Notes: a model not told the origin generated them from the sequence alone. Counted from the stretch's first letter, positions 19,479 through 27,527 are shown. The stretch is 64,000 nt of DNA from an uncultured Clostridia bacterium (GCA_947625145.1 CANQNC010000001.1:6315-70314), one strand, 5' to 3'. Numbers and translations are program-made.

Positions 19479-19494
19479 TGTTTCATGTGAAACA
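19479..19494. promoter_or_regulatory. parS: parS site, 1 mismatch, 16 bp from the perfect site
   Basis: TGTTTCATGTGAAACA. Confidence 0.8.
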
Positions 19495-20325
19495 AAATTT
19501 TGATTTTTGCCACTGTTTAGTGGTGTTTTTGCAGTGTGATGGATAAATATTTATTCTTTCACCATGAAAAATTTAAGTTTTGTTTGACCATGAAAATGCA
19601 TGTGGATTTTTTTTATCTGTGTTTTGGTGTGTAAAGCGGTGTTTTTTGCTCATGTGTTTTTTCTTATATATGGTTTGTTGTATTTTATTTTGGGTTGGTA
19701 TATCTTTGTTTTGTGATATTATAATTTACTGTATATATTAAATAAAATTGGCTGTATAGAGATAAAAATTGCTGTATAGTTGTATTGTTTGAAGCAAAAA
19801 ATGATGTAGAGATCATTGAAACATAGTGTGTTGACATTTGCCACTATCACGTTTTGATACACGATAGAATAGATTGTTGCAAATTTTTCATCTTGGCAAA
19901 AGAAAACAGTCCGCTTTTTGAAGATCAAAATTATAGTTTGTTGTGTTTGATAAAGGAATTGTGTTATGGCGTTATGTTGTTTGGGTATATTGATTGTGTT
20001 GTTATTTGGTTGAGCTTCTGTCGCATGGTTGCGGTTGAGAGTTGAGTGTTGCTTTTTTTTGTTTCAAAGCGACAACGCTTGCCTCATGGTTAAATTTGAG
20101 CGTTGATGGTTGTATTGTTGCGTTATTTCAGCCTCGCTTCGGTGTGATTTTCAGTGTTGTTTTATCACGTTATTACAGCATTACTTAGGTATCATATTTG
20201 GTGTTTCTTATTGCTGTTTTCGTTATTGCAATTGTGTAAAATTTGAAACCGCATTGTTGAATTTATCATGATAAAACGGCATCAGATGATTTGATTTTAT
20301 GCCGAGAATTTTTGTAAAAAATTGA

Positions 20326-20341
20326 GGTTTCACGTCAAACA
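20326..20341. promoter_or_regulatory. parS: Degenerate parS-like site (2 mismatches)
   Basis: GGTTTCACGTCAAACA. Confidence 0.45.
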
Positions 20342-20351
20342 AAATATCCAC

Positions 20352-20360
20352 TTGTCCACA
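20352..20360 (+). promoter_or_regulatory. DnaA-box-like 9-mer (TTGTCCACA, 1 mismatch)
   Basis: Preceded by ATATCCACT (20343..20351). Weaker TGTGGATTT elements follow at 20463 and 20486. A very AT-rich stretch lies at 20361-20430. Confidence 0.45.
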
Positions 20361-20721
20361 TTTTATGAAAAATTTATAGAAAATTTGTTAAATTTTCTAT
20401 GTTTTGATTAATTTGTAAACATTTATTTATGAGTTATACACATTTATTTTTTTTGTTTGCCATGTGGATTTTTTTTGTTTATATTGTGGATTTGAAGATG
20501 ATTCAAAACGGTGATGTTGTGTTGGCATTTTTAGATTGTTTTTTTTGTGTGATGCAAATTTATAAGATCGTAAAAACAGTTGTTTGTTACAGGGTTACAA
20601 CAATCAAGCAAAGGGATAGGATATATCTAACTATGCCGCAAGTGTAAAATAGTTGTTTTGTAAACAGTTTGTTTTCTCGCTTCTACTCTCAAACTTCGCT
20701 TTATTACGTGAAGCATGAGAT

Positions 20722-20761
20722 AAACATAAAAACACAACACACCAAACAATTGTTTGGTGTG
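20722..20761 (-). terminator. Rho-independent terminator of dnaN
   Basis: Perfect 24-bp palindrome CACACCAAACAATTGTTTGGTGTG (20738..20761). On the minus strand it is followed by TTGTGTTTTTATGTTT. It lies about 150 nt after the dnaN stop. Confidence 0.7.
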
Positions 20762-20908
20762 CCGATCGCTTGTATGTGTGTGTTATTTTGATGTGTACTG
20801 CAAGTATAAGCCGAATATCTCTTCATACGCTTACAAATTGGCTTACATTTGCAAAGCTCCACAGATCACACAATTGTGGTTTGAAGTGCGGCGCGGTGCA
20901 AGGTGCCG

Positions 20909-22009
20909 TCATCCGATAACGCGAAGGGGCAGTATGAGATACAGCCACTTGTCGCTTTCGCCCTTGATGATGCCGGGGGCGGTGGATGTGGTGAAGTTAA
21001 GTGTGATCACAGGCTCGTCTATCGCATGCAGGCAGTCGATAAGGTATTTTGTGTTGTAGCCTATAATAAGATCTTTGCCTTGCAAACCAATCGTTACTCT
21101 TTCATTGACCTCGCCGTCCTCGCCCTGAGCGTTCAGGAGCAGTGTGTCCTCTTTGATGTCCATCTTGACGATCGCTTTCTTTTCCGTTCTGTTGATGAGC
21201 GCGGCTCTTTCGACAGCGTTTTCAACAAGTTTCTTGTCCGCGGTGACGACAGTGGTGAAGGATACGGGAATGATATGCTCGTAGTTGATATACTCCTCAC
21301 TTATAAGCCTCGTCACGATCTTTGTGTGGAACAAATCCACCATAATGTAGGATTTTTCAACGTACACCGTGATTGTTTCCTCGCCGTCCTCAATGAGTCG
21401 GCTGAGCTCGGTCATACTCTTTGACGGAACAAGGATCTTTTTCAGCACGCCGTTGTTTTTTATCATAGTGCGCGTAAGGGCAAGTCTGAAGCCATCCGAG
21501 GCGACGATTTCGATCTCATCGTCCTTTATATTGAGGCAAACGCCTTTCAAAGAGGGGCGCGCTTCATCCTGAGACACGTTGAAGATGACCTTTGCGATCG
21601 CTTCCTTGAAATCTTTTTTGAGTATGACAAAGGATTGCTCGGTGTCCACCTCTTTGAATATGGGATATTCATCCACAGGCAAGCACTTGATCTGCAATTC
21701 GCTGTCCAGATACTTGATGACGAGGCGATTTGGATTTGTGCCGTCAAGCTCGACTTCCTCTTCCTCGATCTTTTTCGCATAATCCGCAAAAAGCCTGCCC
21801 GGAACGACCATTTCCCCTTCGATAAGCACTTGCGCGTTGATCTTCTTTTCAATTGCAAGCTCGAGGTCGGTCGCAAACAAAGTGACCGTGTCGCCCACAG
21901 CGGTCAGTTTTACGCCTTCCAAGATGAGATTGTTCCTCCTGATGGGGAGGGCTTTCACAACCTTTGACAGAGCATCGCTCAATTCATTTCCTTGACAAAT
22001 AACCTTCAT
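20909..22009 (-). CDS. dnaN: DNA polymerase III beta sliding clamp
   Basis: 366 aa with three-domain clamp length and typical N-terminus (MKVICQGNELSDALSKVVKALP), comparable to Firmicute DnaN. Confidence 0.93.
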   Translation of the reverse strand: MKVICQGNELSDALSKVVKALPIRRNNLILEGVKLTAVGDTVTLFATDLELAIEKKINAQVLIEGEMVVPGRLFADYAKKIEEEEVELDGTNPNRLVIKYLDSELQIKCLPVDEYPIFKEVDTEQSFVILKKDFKEAIAKVIFNVSQDEARPSLKGVCLNIKDDEIEIVASDGFRLALTRTMIKNNGVLKKILVPSKSMTELSRLIEDGEETITVYVEKSYIMVDLFHTKIVTRLISEEYINYEHIIPVSFTTVVTADKKLVENAVERAALINRTEKKAIVKMDIKEDTLLLNAQGEDGEVNERVTIGLQGKDLIIGYNTKYLIDCLHAIDEPVITLNFTTSTAPGIIKGESDKWLYLILPLRVIG

Positions 22010-22159
22010 ATTTACGCCTGTTTATATTTTATTTTTATCTTTAATAATGATATCATAAATAAAGCCTGTTGACAAGTGGAATTTGTTTTCAAACAACAAT
22101 ATTGTGTATTTGGCAAAACAAAGCCGTCTTATATGTTGTGATTTTTCGCGATTTAGAAG

Positions 22160-22168
22160 TGTGGATAA
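22160..22168 (-). promoter_or_regulatory. Perfect DnaA box (TTATCCACA on the minus strand)
   Basis: The + strand reads TGTGGATAA. It lies in the 209-bp AT-rich spacer upstream of dnaN. Confidence 0.7.
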
Positions 22169-22208
22169 GTTTTGGGAGATATAAACAAAACGCGAACATA
22201 TTTTCGGA

Positions 22209-22217
22209 TTGTCCACA
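22209..22217 (+). promoter_or_regulatory. DnaA-box-like 9-mer (TTGTCCACA, 1 mismatch)
   Basis: It is in inverted orientation relative to the perfect box 41 bp away. Confidence 0.5.
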
Positions 22218-22218
22218 A

Positions 22219-23355
22219 TCAGATGTCAAGCGCGCCGAAAGAGAAGATCAAGGACGCAAAATACGACACCGCGACGCTTATGAAAAACATAAGCAAAAAC
22301 ACCGCTATGTTTGACTTTGTGTGCTTGACGTCTTTGAAGAGGTAGACAAACGCGACTCCCGCGTTCATACACAGCCCTCCGAGGGCGGCGCCGAAGCCAA
22401 GCCCGCCGAAGATATACAGCTTGCTTATGACGATAGAGGACGCGCAGTTGGGCACCGCGCCCACGATCACCGAAAGGAGCGGCGCGATATACTTGTTTGC
22501 GGCAAGGAAGGAATATATCTTTTCCTCGCCCACAAAATATATCAACAGCCCAAACAAAACGTTTACGACAAGCACATACAAAAATATCTCGATAGTGTGC
22601 GAGACGCTGTGTTTTACAACGTCCAGCGTCCTGTCTCTTTTTGCGCGTTTTACAGCGTATTCTGCCAATATACCCATGCGCTCGACGTTGTGATCTTCGG
22701 CATGAATTGAAACGTTTTCGTCGGTTTTGTGTTCAAAATGCGGGCATTCGCTGTTTTGGCAATCCGAACAGTCGCAAGCGTCGGAGTTTTCATCTACGGA
22801 AATAAGCTCCGCGCCCTCGCATTCGGTGAGTGTGATGGCGTATTTGTCTTTACAGTGGCTCAAATGATGCTCCACAGCCTTCCTACGCTTGAAAAACACA
22901 AGATCAATGAGATACGCGAAGAATATTCCAAGCAACAGTTTTGCGGCGAGTAATGGCAGCACATGAAAGGCTTTTTCGGGATAGCTCAAAAACACAGGCA
23001 AAGCCTCGTCGGACGTCGCGAGATACACGCCGATGAGAGTGCCAAGCGTGATATGCCGCTTGTGATAGAGGTCTGTCGCGACGACGGAAAATCCGCATTG
23101 AGGCAAAAGGGATATCCCGACGCCCACAAGGGGCGCCCAAAAACCTTTCAACGACAGTTTGTTTGACAACTTCAACTCGAATATTGCGATGATCAAGGAA
23201 AAAACCGCAACCACGCCGAGCAGTTTCAAACTGTCCAAGATGGCGTCAACAAACACATTTGCCATATTCGATATTATTATACAAAAAGCAAAAAAAATCA
23301 ACAGGATAGAGAGAATACGCCAAGAAAAAAGCCCGCGCATTGCGGGCATTTTCAT
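22219..23355 (-). CDS. Multi-pass permease, ArsP_2/DUF2899-like putative metal-ion transporter with a Cys/His-rich loop
   Basis: 378 aa with about 10 hydrophobic segments. Contains LLPQCGFSVVATDLY and ATSDEALPVFL motifs that I associate with the 'putative 10TM heavy-metal exporter' family. The central loop is HHLSHCKDK...ECEG...DACDCSDCQNSECPHFEH. Confidence 0.55.
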   Translation of the reverse strand: MKMPAMRGLFSWRILSILLIFFAFCIIISNMANVFVDAILDSLKLLGVVAVFSLIIAIFELKLSNKLSLKGFWAPLVGVGISLLPQCGFSVVATDLYHKRHITLGTLIGVYLATSDEALPVFLSYPEKAFHVLPLLAAKLLLGIFFAYLIDLVFFKRRKAVEHHLSHCKDKYAITLTECEGAELISVDENSDACDCSDCQNSECPHFEHKTDENVSIHAEDHNVERMGILAEYAVKRAKRDRTLDVVKHSVSHTIEIFLYVLVVNVLFGLLIYFVGEEKIYSFLAANKYIAPLLSVIVGAVPNCASSIVISKLYIFGGLGFGAALGGLCMNAGVAFVYLFKDVKHTKSNIAVFLLMFFISVAVSYFASLIFSFGALDI

Positions 23356-25910
23356 TATTTTTTACGCGCTCGTTTTGCAAGGAGCAGGGGAACGGTCACG
23401 CAGAGCGCTATCACGATCGCCGCGGCGACCGCGAGCAGAACATAATGCCAAACCGCAGATTTGTAGCCGCCATACAGAGTGATATCGCCGTTTATGTCCA
23501 CAGATTTGAGTTTGACGTCAAGATCGTCGGATAAACTCCAACCGACAAAACTCTTCCCGAGTTTTACGGACGGAGAGGATAGGACAAGTTTGTCGCCGTA
23601 ATGCGCGGTCTTTTGGCTGTACACCTTGCCGTCTATGACAAACGTGATCTTGTATTCTCTCGGCTTTGCGTTGAACATGGCAACGACGTCCATGTCCTCA
23701 TGCACCTCGGACGTGTCCGCGTTCCAGCCCAAAAAGATATAATCGTACTTTTCGTCGGACGGTTTTTGAGGATTGTTGAAAGTCGCTGCTCCCAAGCCGT
23801 CTTGCACGCGCAGAGACGCAAACACCTCGCCGTCCACCAAAAAGCGCACGGTGTGGCAGAGAATGGCGTTGTAAACCGCGATCACGTCCGTGTCTTGACG
23901 TATCAATGTGTAATCGCCTTCCCACCTGTCAAACACATAGTCGTAATCCCCGTTTTCGATATAAACGGGATCAGAGGGCGGTGTGGCGGAGCCTTCGTAC
24001 AAAACCTTTTCCTCTTTAAGCACGGAGTTGTTTTTGTTTAGGAAGCGGACGGTGTAATATCTGTCTTTTTGCGTGAACACGGGGCGCACGTCAATATCTT
24101 CCGTCACCTCTTTTTTATCCGCTTGCCACTCGGAAAATTCGTATTCATAGCGTTCGGTGGGAGCTTTTTTCGGCGTGGTTTTCGGAATGTAATCCGACCA
24201 ATAATATTTGTCTTCCACATACTTCGCTTCAAACACCGAGCCGTCGTCGTTCAAAAAGCGGACGAGATGATGGTTGTCGTAATTCATGGTTATGCCGACT
24301 TCCGCAAAAGACGACGCAATAACGTTTTGCACTTCCTCACTATAGCCCAAATTTTTTGCCGCCTGCAAAAAGTTGATGGCAAACTCGTCGAAAGTCGAAT
24401 TGTATTTGAGCGAGCACAGCGTGGAATACCACAGGTTTCCTATCACCTTTTCAGTGAAGAAACTCGGCATCTTTTCATACATGAGATATTGCGCGTGCGT
24501 GAGGATCGTGCTGTTGAGGTGTACGCCGCCGTTGTCGCAGTCTGATGTGTGATTGCCGCTTGCGTGCGCGCAAGTTTTTTTGTCGCTTACATTGTATTTT
24601 TGTTGATCGTAAATCGAAAGGCTTCCTTTCATAGAGCGAAGGGCAAGATCTCCGTATCTCAAACTTTCATCCGTCATGCAATCCTCGCCGATATACCAAA
24701 ACTCGTTCGAGGTCATAGGTTTCCCCTCTATGATAGCACCGAAAATATCCGACGCCGCCTCGTCTATCGCGCCCGAATCGAATTCGTAAGCAAGCCCGTA
24801 GACAACGCGTCCAAACGTGGAGCTTATCGCAAATGTCGTGACGCCGTGCTGATATTCGTGCGAGATCACGTCTTTTGCGTATGCAAGATCATACACAATG
24901 CCGCTTTGATTGCCGTTGCCTATGCAGATATATCCGAATTGATCCCCCGAATATTGATAATAGGCGTTTTCATATTTGTCTCCGAAGTTGACAAAAACTT
25001 TGATATAATACTCGTTTTTTGCAAGATGGTTGCCGGGGGTGTTGTCGTTGTCCCCGCGCATGCCGTAAAGCGCGACGCCCAAGTTTTCGGGATCCGTGTA
25101 AAAATCGTAGACCTCTTGAAGATTTTTGTACACCGTGACCGCTTTGGGATCGTTTATGTTCGGAGTGGAACTTGAAATGCGCGTGCCCAAATATTGCAAC
25201 TCTGACGAGTCCGCCGACCTGCCGTTTGCGTCGTACACGACAAAATTGCGCATCTCATCCTCAAGCACGTATGTCCCGTTTTGCAAGCTGACGTCCATTT
25301 CAACGCTGTTGCCGTCCCTGTCCTGCTGAGTTGTCGGAGTCATGACGCCCGCCGTAAATTTGGACATTGAGAGCGTCTCGCCGTTTTGAGCGGAGACGAC
25401 GATATTGCTGCCGCCGTCAACCGAGCTTGTAAATATGTACGCATGCTCGCCCAAGCGCGCGTTGTGCGCGAAAATCACGGACGCGCAATCGAAAAATTCC
25501 GCGTCGGGATATTTTTGTTGCAATTTCGAAAGCGCTTGCGCCTGAGTGAGTTTTGCGGGGGAGATGTTGTCAAGAGGGGAGTATTCACCGCTGAAGGAAA
25601 GCACATTGCCGTCCTCGTCCACGCTGACCGCGACGTCCGCGCCAAGCACGTCCATACCGTCCACAGTGCGCACAAAGCGATACACAAAGCCGTAGCCGAC
25701 TTCGAGTTTTTTGTCCAATCTGTAATCATCTTTGTTTGCAAACCCGACAAGCTCGCTTAAACTTACGACGGGATCGTCCTCGTCGATGACGTCAAGGGCG
25801 TATGCGGATCCGCTTGCTCCCGCGCAGAGCGACGCCGTAAGCGCACAAACGGCGAGGAAAAGCGCGACGGCAAGCACAACGCAAAGTTTATATACATATT
25901 TTTTCATCAT
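23355..25910 (-). CDS. Secreted, membrane-anchored thermolysin-like (M4) zinc metalloprotease with Listeria-Bacteroides repeats
   Basis: 851 aa. It has a signal peptide (MMKKYVYKLCVVLAVALFLAVCALTASLCAG), the HExxH motif in VISHEYQHGV, and the third zinc ligand motif GAIDEAASDIFG. Four C-terminal repeats of about 70 aa (Y.V.F...DG....F.GW) are followed by a terminal TM anchor and KRARKK. Confidence 0.85.
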   Translation of the reverse strand: MMKKYVYKLCVVLAVALFLAVCALTASLCAGASGSAYALDVIDEDDPVVSLSELVGFANKDDYRLDKKLEVGYGFVYRFVRTVDGMDVLGADVAVSVDEDGNVLSFSGEYSPLDNISPAKLTQAQALSKLQQKYPDAEFFDCASVIFAHNARLGEHAYIFTSSVDGGSNIVVSAQNGETLSMSKFTAGVMTPTTQQDRDGNSVEMDVSLQNGTYVLEDEMRNFVVYDANGRSADSSELQYLGTRISSSTPNINDPKAVTVYKNLQEVYDFYTDPENLGVALYGMRGDNDNTPGNHLAKNEYYIKVFVNFGDKYENAYYQYSGDQFGYICIGNGNQSGIVYDLAYAKDVISHEYQHGVTTFAISSTFGRVVYGLAYEFDSGAIDEAASDIFGAIIEGKPMTSNEFWYIGEDCMTDESLRYGDLALRSMKGSLSIYDQQKYNVSDKKTCAHASGNHTSDCDNGGVHLNSTILTHAQYLMYEKMPSFFTEKVIGNLWYSTLCSLKYNSTFDEFAINFLQAAKNLGYSEEVQNVIASSFAEVGITMNYDNHHLVRFLNDDGSVFEAKYVEDKYYWSDYIPKTTPKKAPTERYEYEFSEWQADKKEVTEDIDVRPVFTQKDRYYTVRFLNKNNSVLKEEKVLYEGSATPPSDPVYIENGDYDYVFDRWEGDYTLIRQDTDVIAVYNAILCHTVRFLVDGEVFASLRVQDGLGAATFNNPQKPSDEKYDYIFLGWNADTSEVHEDMDVVAMFNAKPREYKITFVIDGKVYSQKTAHYGDKLVLSSPSVKLGKSFVGWSLSDDLDVKLKSVDINGDITLYGGYKSAVWHYVLLAVAAAIVIALCVTVPLLLAKRARKK

Positions 25911-26047
25911 AAAACCTCGTTTTGCGCATCAAAGGCGGTTTCAAACCCAAGCCCGTTGCGCGAACTTCTACAATATTATAACATAAAAAAAAGCGGCGTT
26001 ACATTAAATTTTGAAATTTAATGCACGCCTCTGTTTGCTTGAGATTT

Positions 26048-27409
26048 TCATCTGTTCAACAGCATGTTTTTAAGGTCCGCCACAACAATTCTGATGCGTG
26101 GATTTGTTTTGATCTCGTTTGCGATTTTGTCCCGCGCGTGAATGATTGTCGTATGATCCCTGCCGCCGAACAGATCGCCGATTTGCGAGAGGGGGAGGGA
26201 CAAAAGCTCTGTGATGAGATAGATCGCGATCATCCTCGGCTCGACAATGCTCTTTGTTTTCGATTTGGACATGAGCTCGCTTGGAGTCAGCTTGAAGTAT
26301 TTGCACACGGCGTCAATGACGTCGCCCGCGTCAAGCGTCTCTTTTTTGTCGTCGATGAAGTCGCTGAGCGCTTCCTTTGCAAGCTCGCGCGTGTTTATCA
26401 CATGGTTTGTCAGCGAGCTGTAAAACACGATTTTGTTCAGCAAGCCCTCGAGCTCGCGTATGTTGCTGGTCGCGTTTTCCGCGATAAACTCCGCCACTTC
26501 GTCGCTGAGGTCAAACTTCATCTGCGCCGCTTTGTTTTTGAGTATGGCGACGCGCGTTTCCATGTCGGGCGTCTGAATGTCCACGGTCAAACCCCAACCG
26601 AAGCGGGTGCGAAGCCTCTCCTCTATCGTCACAAGGTCTTTGGGCGAGCGGTCGGATGTGAGCACGATCTGCTTGTTTCTGTGATAGAGGTCGTTGAACA
26701 CGTTGAAGAAGGACTCCTGTGTGGCCTCTTTGCCTATCAAAAACTGTATGTCGTCCACCATCAGCACGTCGCAGGAGTTGTACTTTTCCCTGAGGCGCAC
26801 GGTCTCGTCGACAGAGCGGCTTCTCATCATGGATATCAGCTCGTTGATGAGTGTGTCCGCGCTCACATACAGCACGTTTGTGCGAGGGGAGTTTTTCAAA
26901 AGAAAGTTTCCTATCGCGTGCAGAAGATGGGTCTTACCAAGCCCGACTCCCGAGTAGATGAACAGGGGATTGTAGCCTCCGCTCGGATTTTCCGCAACGG
27001 ACTTGCAGGCGGCAAGCGCGTAGGCGTTTGAACCGCCCTCGACAAAAGTCTCGAATGTGTATTTTGCAAGGAATGGATTTGGCTTTTTCTCCTCCGCGAC
27101 TGTCCTAGGCGTGGAGACGAGCTCCTCGGGGGAGGATTGCTTGCTCAAAAACTCTTCTTTTTTGTCGGGAGTGATGATCACGACGTCCGAAACCGCGGGA
27201 TTGAGCGCGGACACGACGTCCTTGATTTTGTCAAGATATCTTGTGTCGATCGTGCGCTTTGCGTTTGCGGAGATCGCCATAAGCACAAGCGCCCCCTCCG
27301 CAAAACAAACGGGTTCGAGCTTTTCTATCCACACTTCGTAGCTTATCGCCTGTATGGAAATGGACAGTTCGTTTTTGACGTCCGACCAAAAAAGTTGCAA
27401 ATCTACCAT
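26048..27409 (-). CDS. dnaA: Chromosomal replication initiator DnaA
   Basis: 453 aa with Walker A GVGLGKTHLLHAIG, Walker B VLMVDDIQF, and the C-terminal DNA-binding helix (GGRDHTTIIHARDKI). Confidence 0.97.
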   Translation of the reverse strand: MVDLQLFWSDVKNELSISIQAISYEVWIEKLEPVCFAEGALVLMAISANAKRTIDTRYLDKIKDVVSALNPAVSDVVIITPDKKEEFLSKQSSPEELVSTPRTVAEEKKPNPFLAKYTFETFVEGGSNAYALAACKSVAENPSGGYNPLFIYSGVGLGKTHLLHAIGNFLLKNSPRTNVLYVSADTLINELISMMRSRSVDETVRLREKYNSCDVLMVDDIQFLIGKEATQESFFNVFNDLYHRNKQIVLTSDRSPKDLVTIEERLRTRFGWGLTVDIQTPDMETRVAILKNKAAQMKFDLSDEVAEFIAENATSNIRELEGLLNKIVFYSSLTNHVINTRELAKEALSDFIDDKKETLDAGDVIDAVCKYFKLTPSELMSKSKTKSIVEPRMIAIYLITELLSLPLSQIGDLFGGRDHTTIIHARDKIANEIKTNPRIRIVVADLKNMLLNR

Positions 27410-27416
27410 ACAAATG

Positions 27417-27444
27417 ATTATAGCAAAAATAAAAAATTAAGCAA
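27417..27444 (-). promoter_or_regulatory. Candidate dnaA promoter placed for a leaderless transcript
   Basis: On the minus strand: TTGCTT (27444..27439), 16-nt spacer, TATAAT (27422..27417), then 7 nt to the ATG at 27409. No Shine-Dalgarno sequence. Confidence 0.5.
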
Positions 27445-27527
27445 GTGAAATCCCGAAAATATTGCTTCCCGCAAATTGGCGGCGACAATGGGTTGAAAAA
27501 ATTTGGATTTTGAACTATACTTGACAT

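Larger units (their letters stand above)
16384..20721. other. Gene-free AT-rich island with mirror-image strand composition; candidate origin/centromere domain
   Basis: No credible ORF for 4.3 kb. Left arm + strand is C-rich and G-poor (7 G in nt 16741-16920). The core is about 17% GC (10 G+C in nt 18541-18600). Right arm + strand is G-rich and C-poor (36 G versus 9 C in the two sampled rows 19621-19680 and 19981-20040). It contains 5 parS sites and several DnaA-box-like 9-mers. Confidence 0.7.

Noticed and set aside
27410-27527. The dnaA-recF 118-bp spacer as oriC
   Set aside because: It contains a good promoter but nothing within 2 mismatches of TTATCCACA by eye, and it is short. It may still be regulatory.
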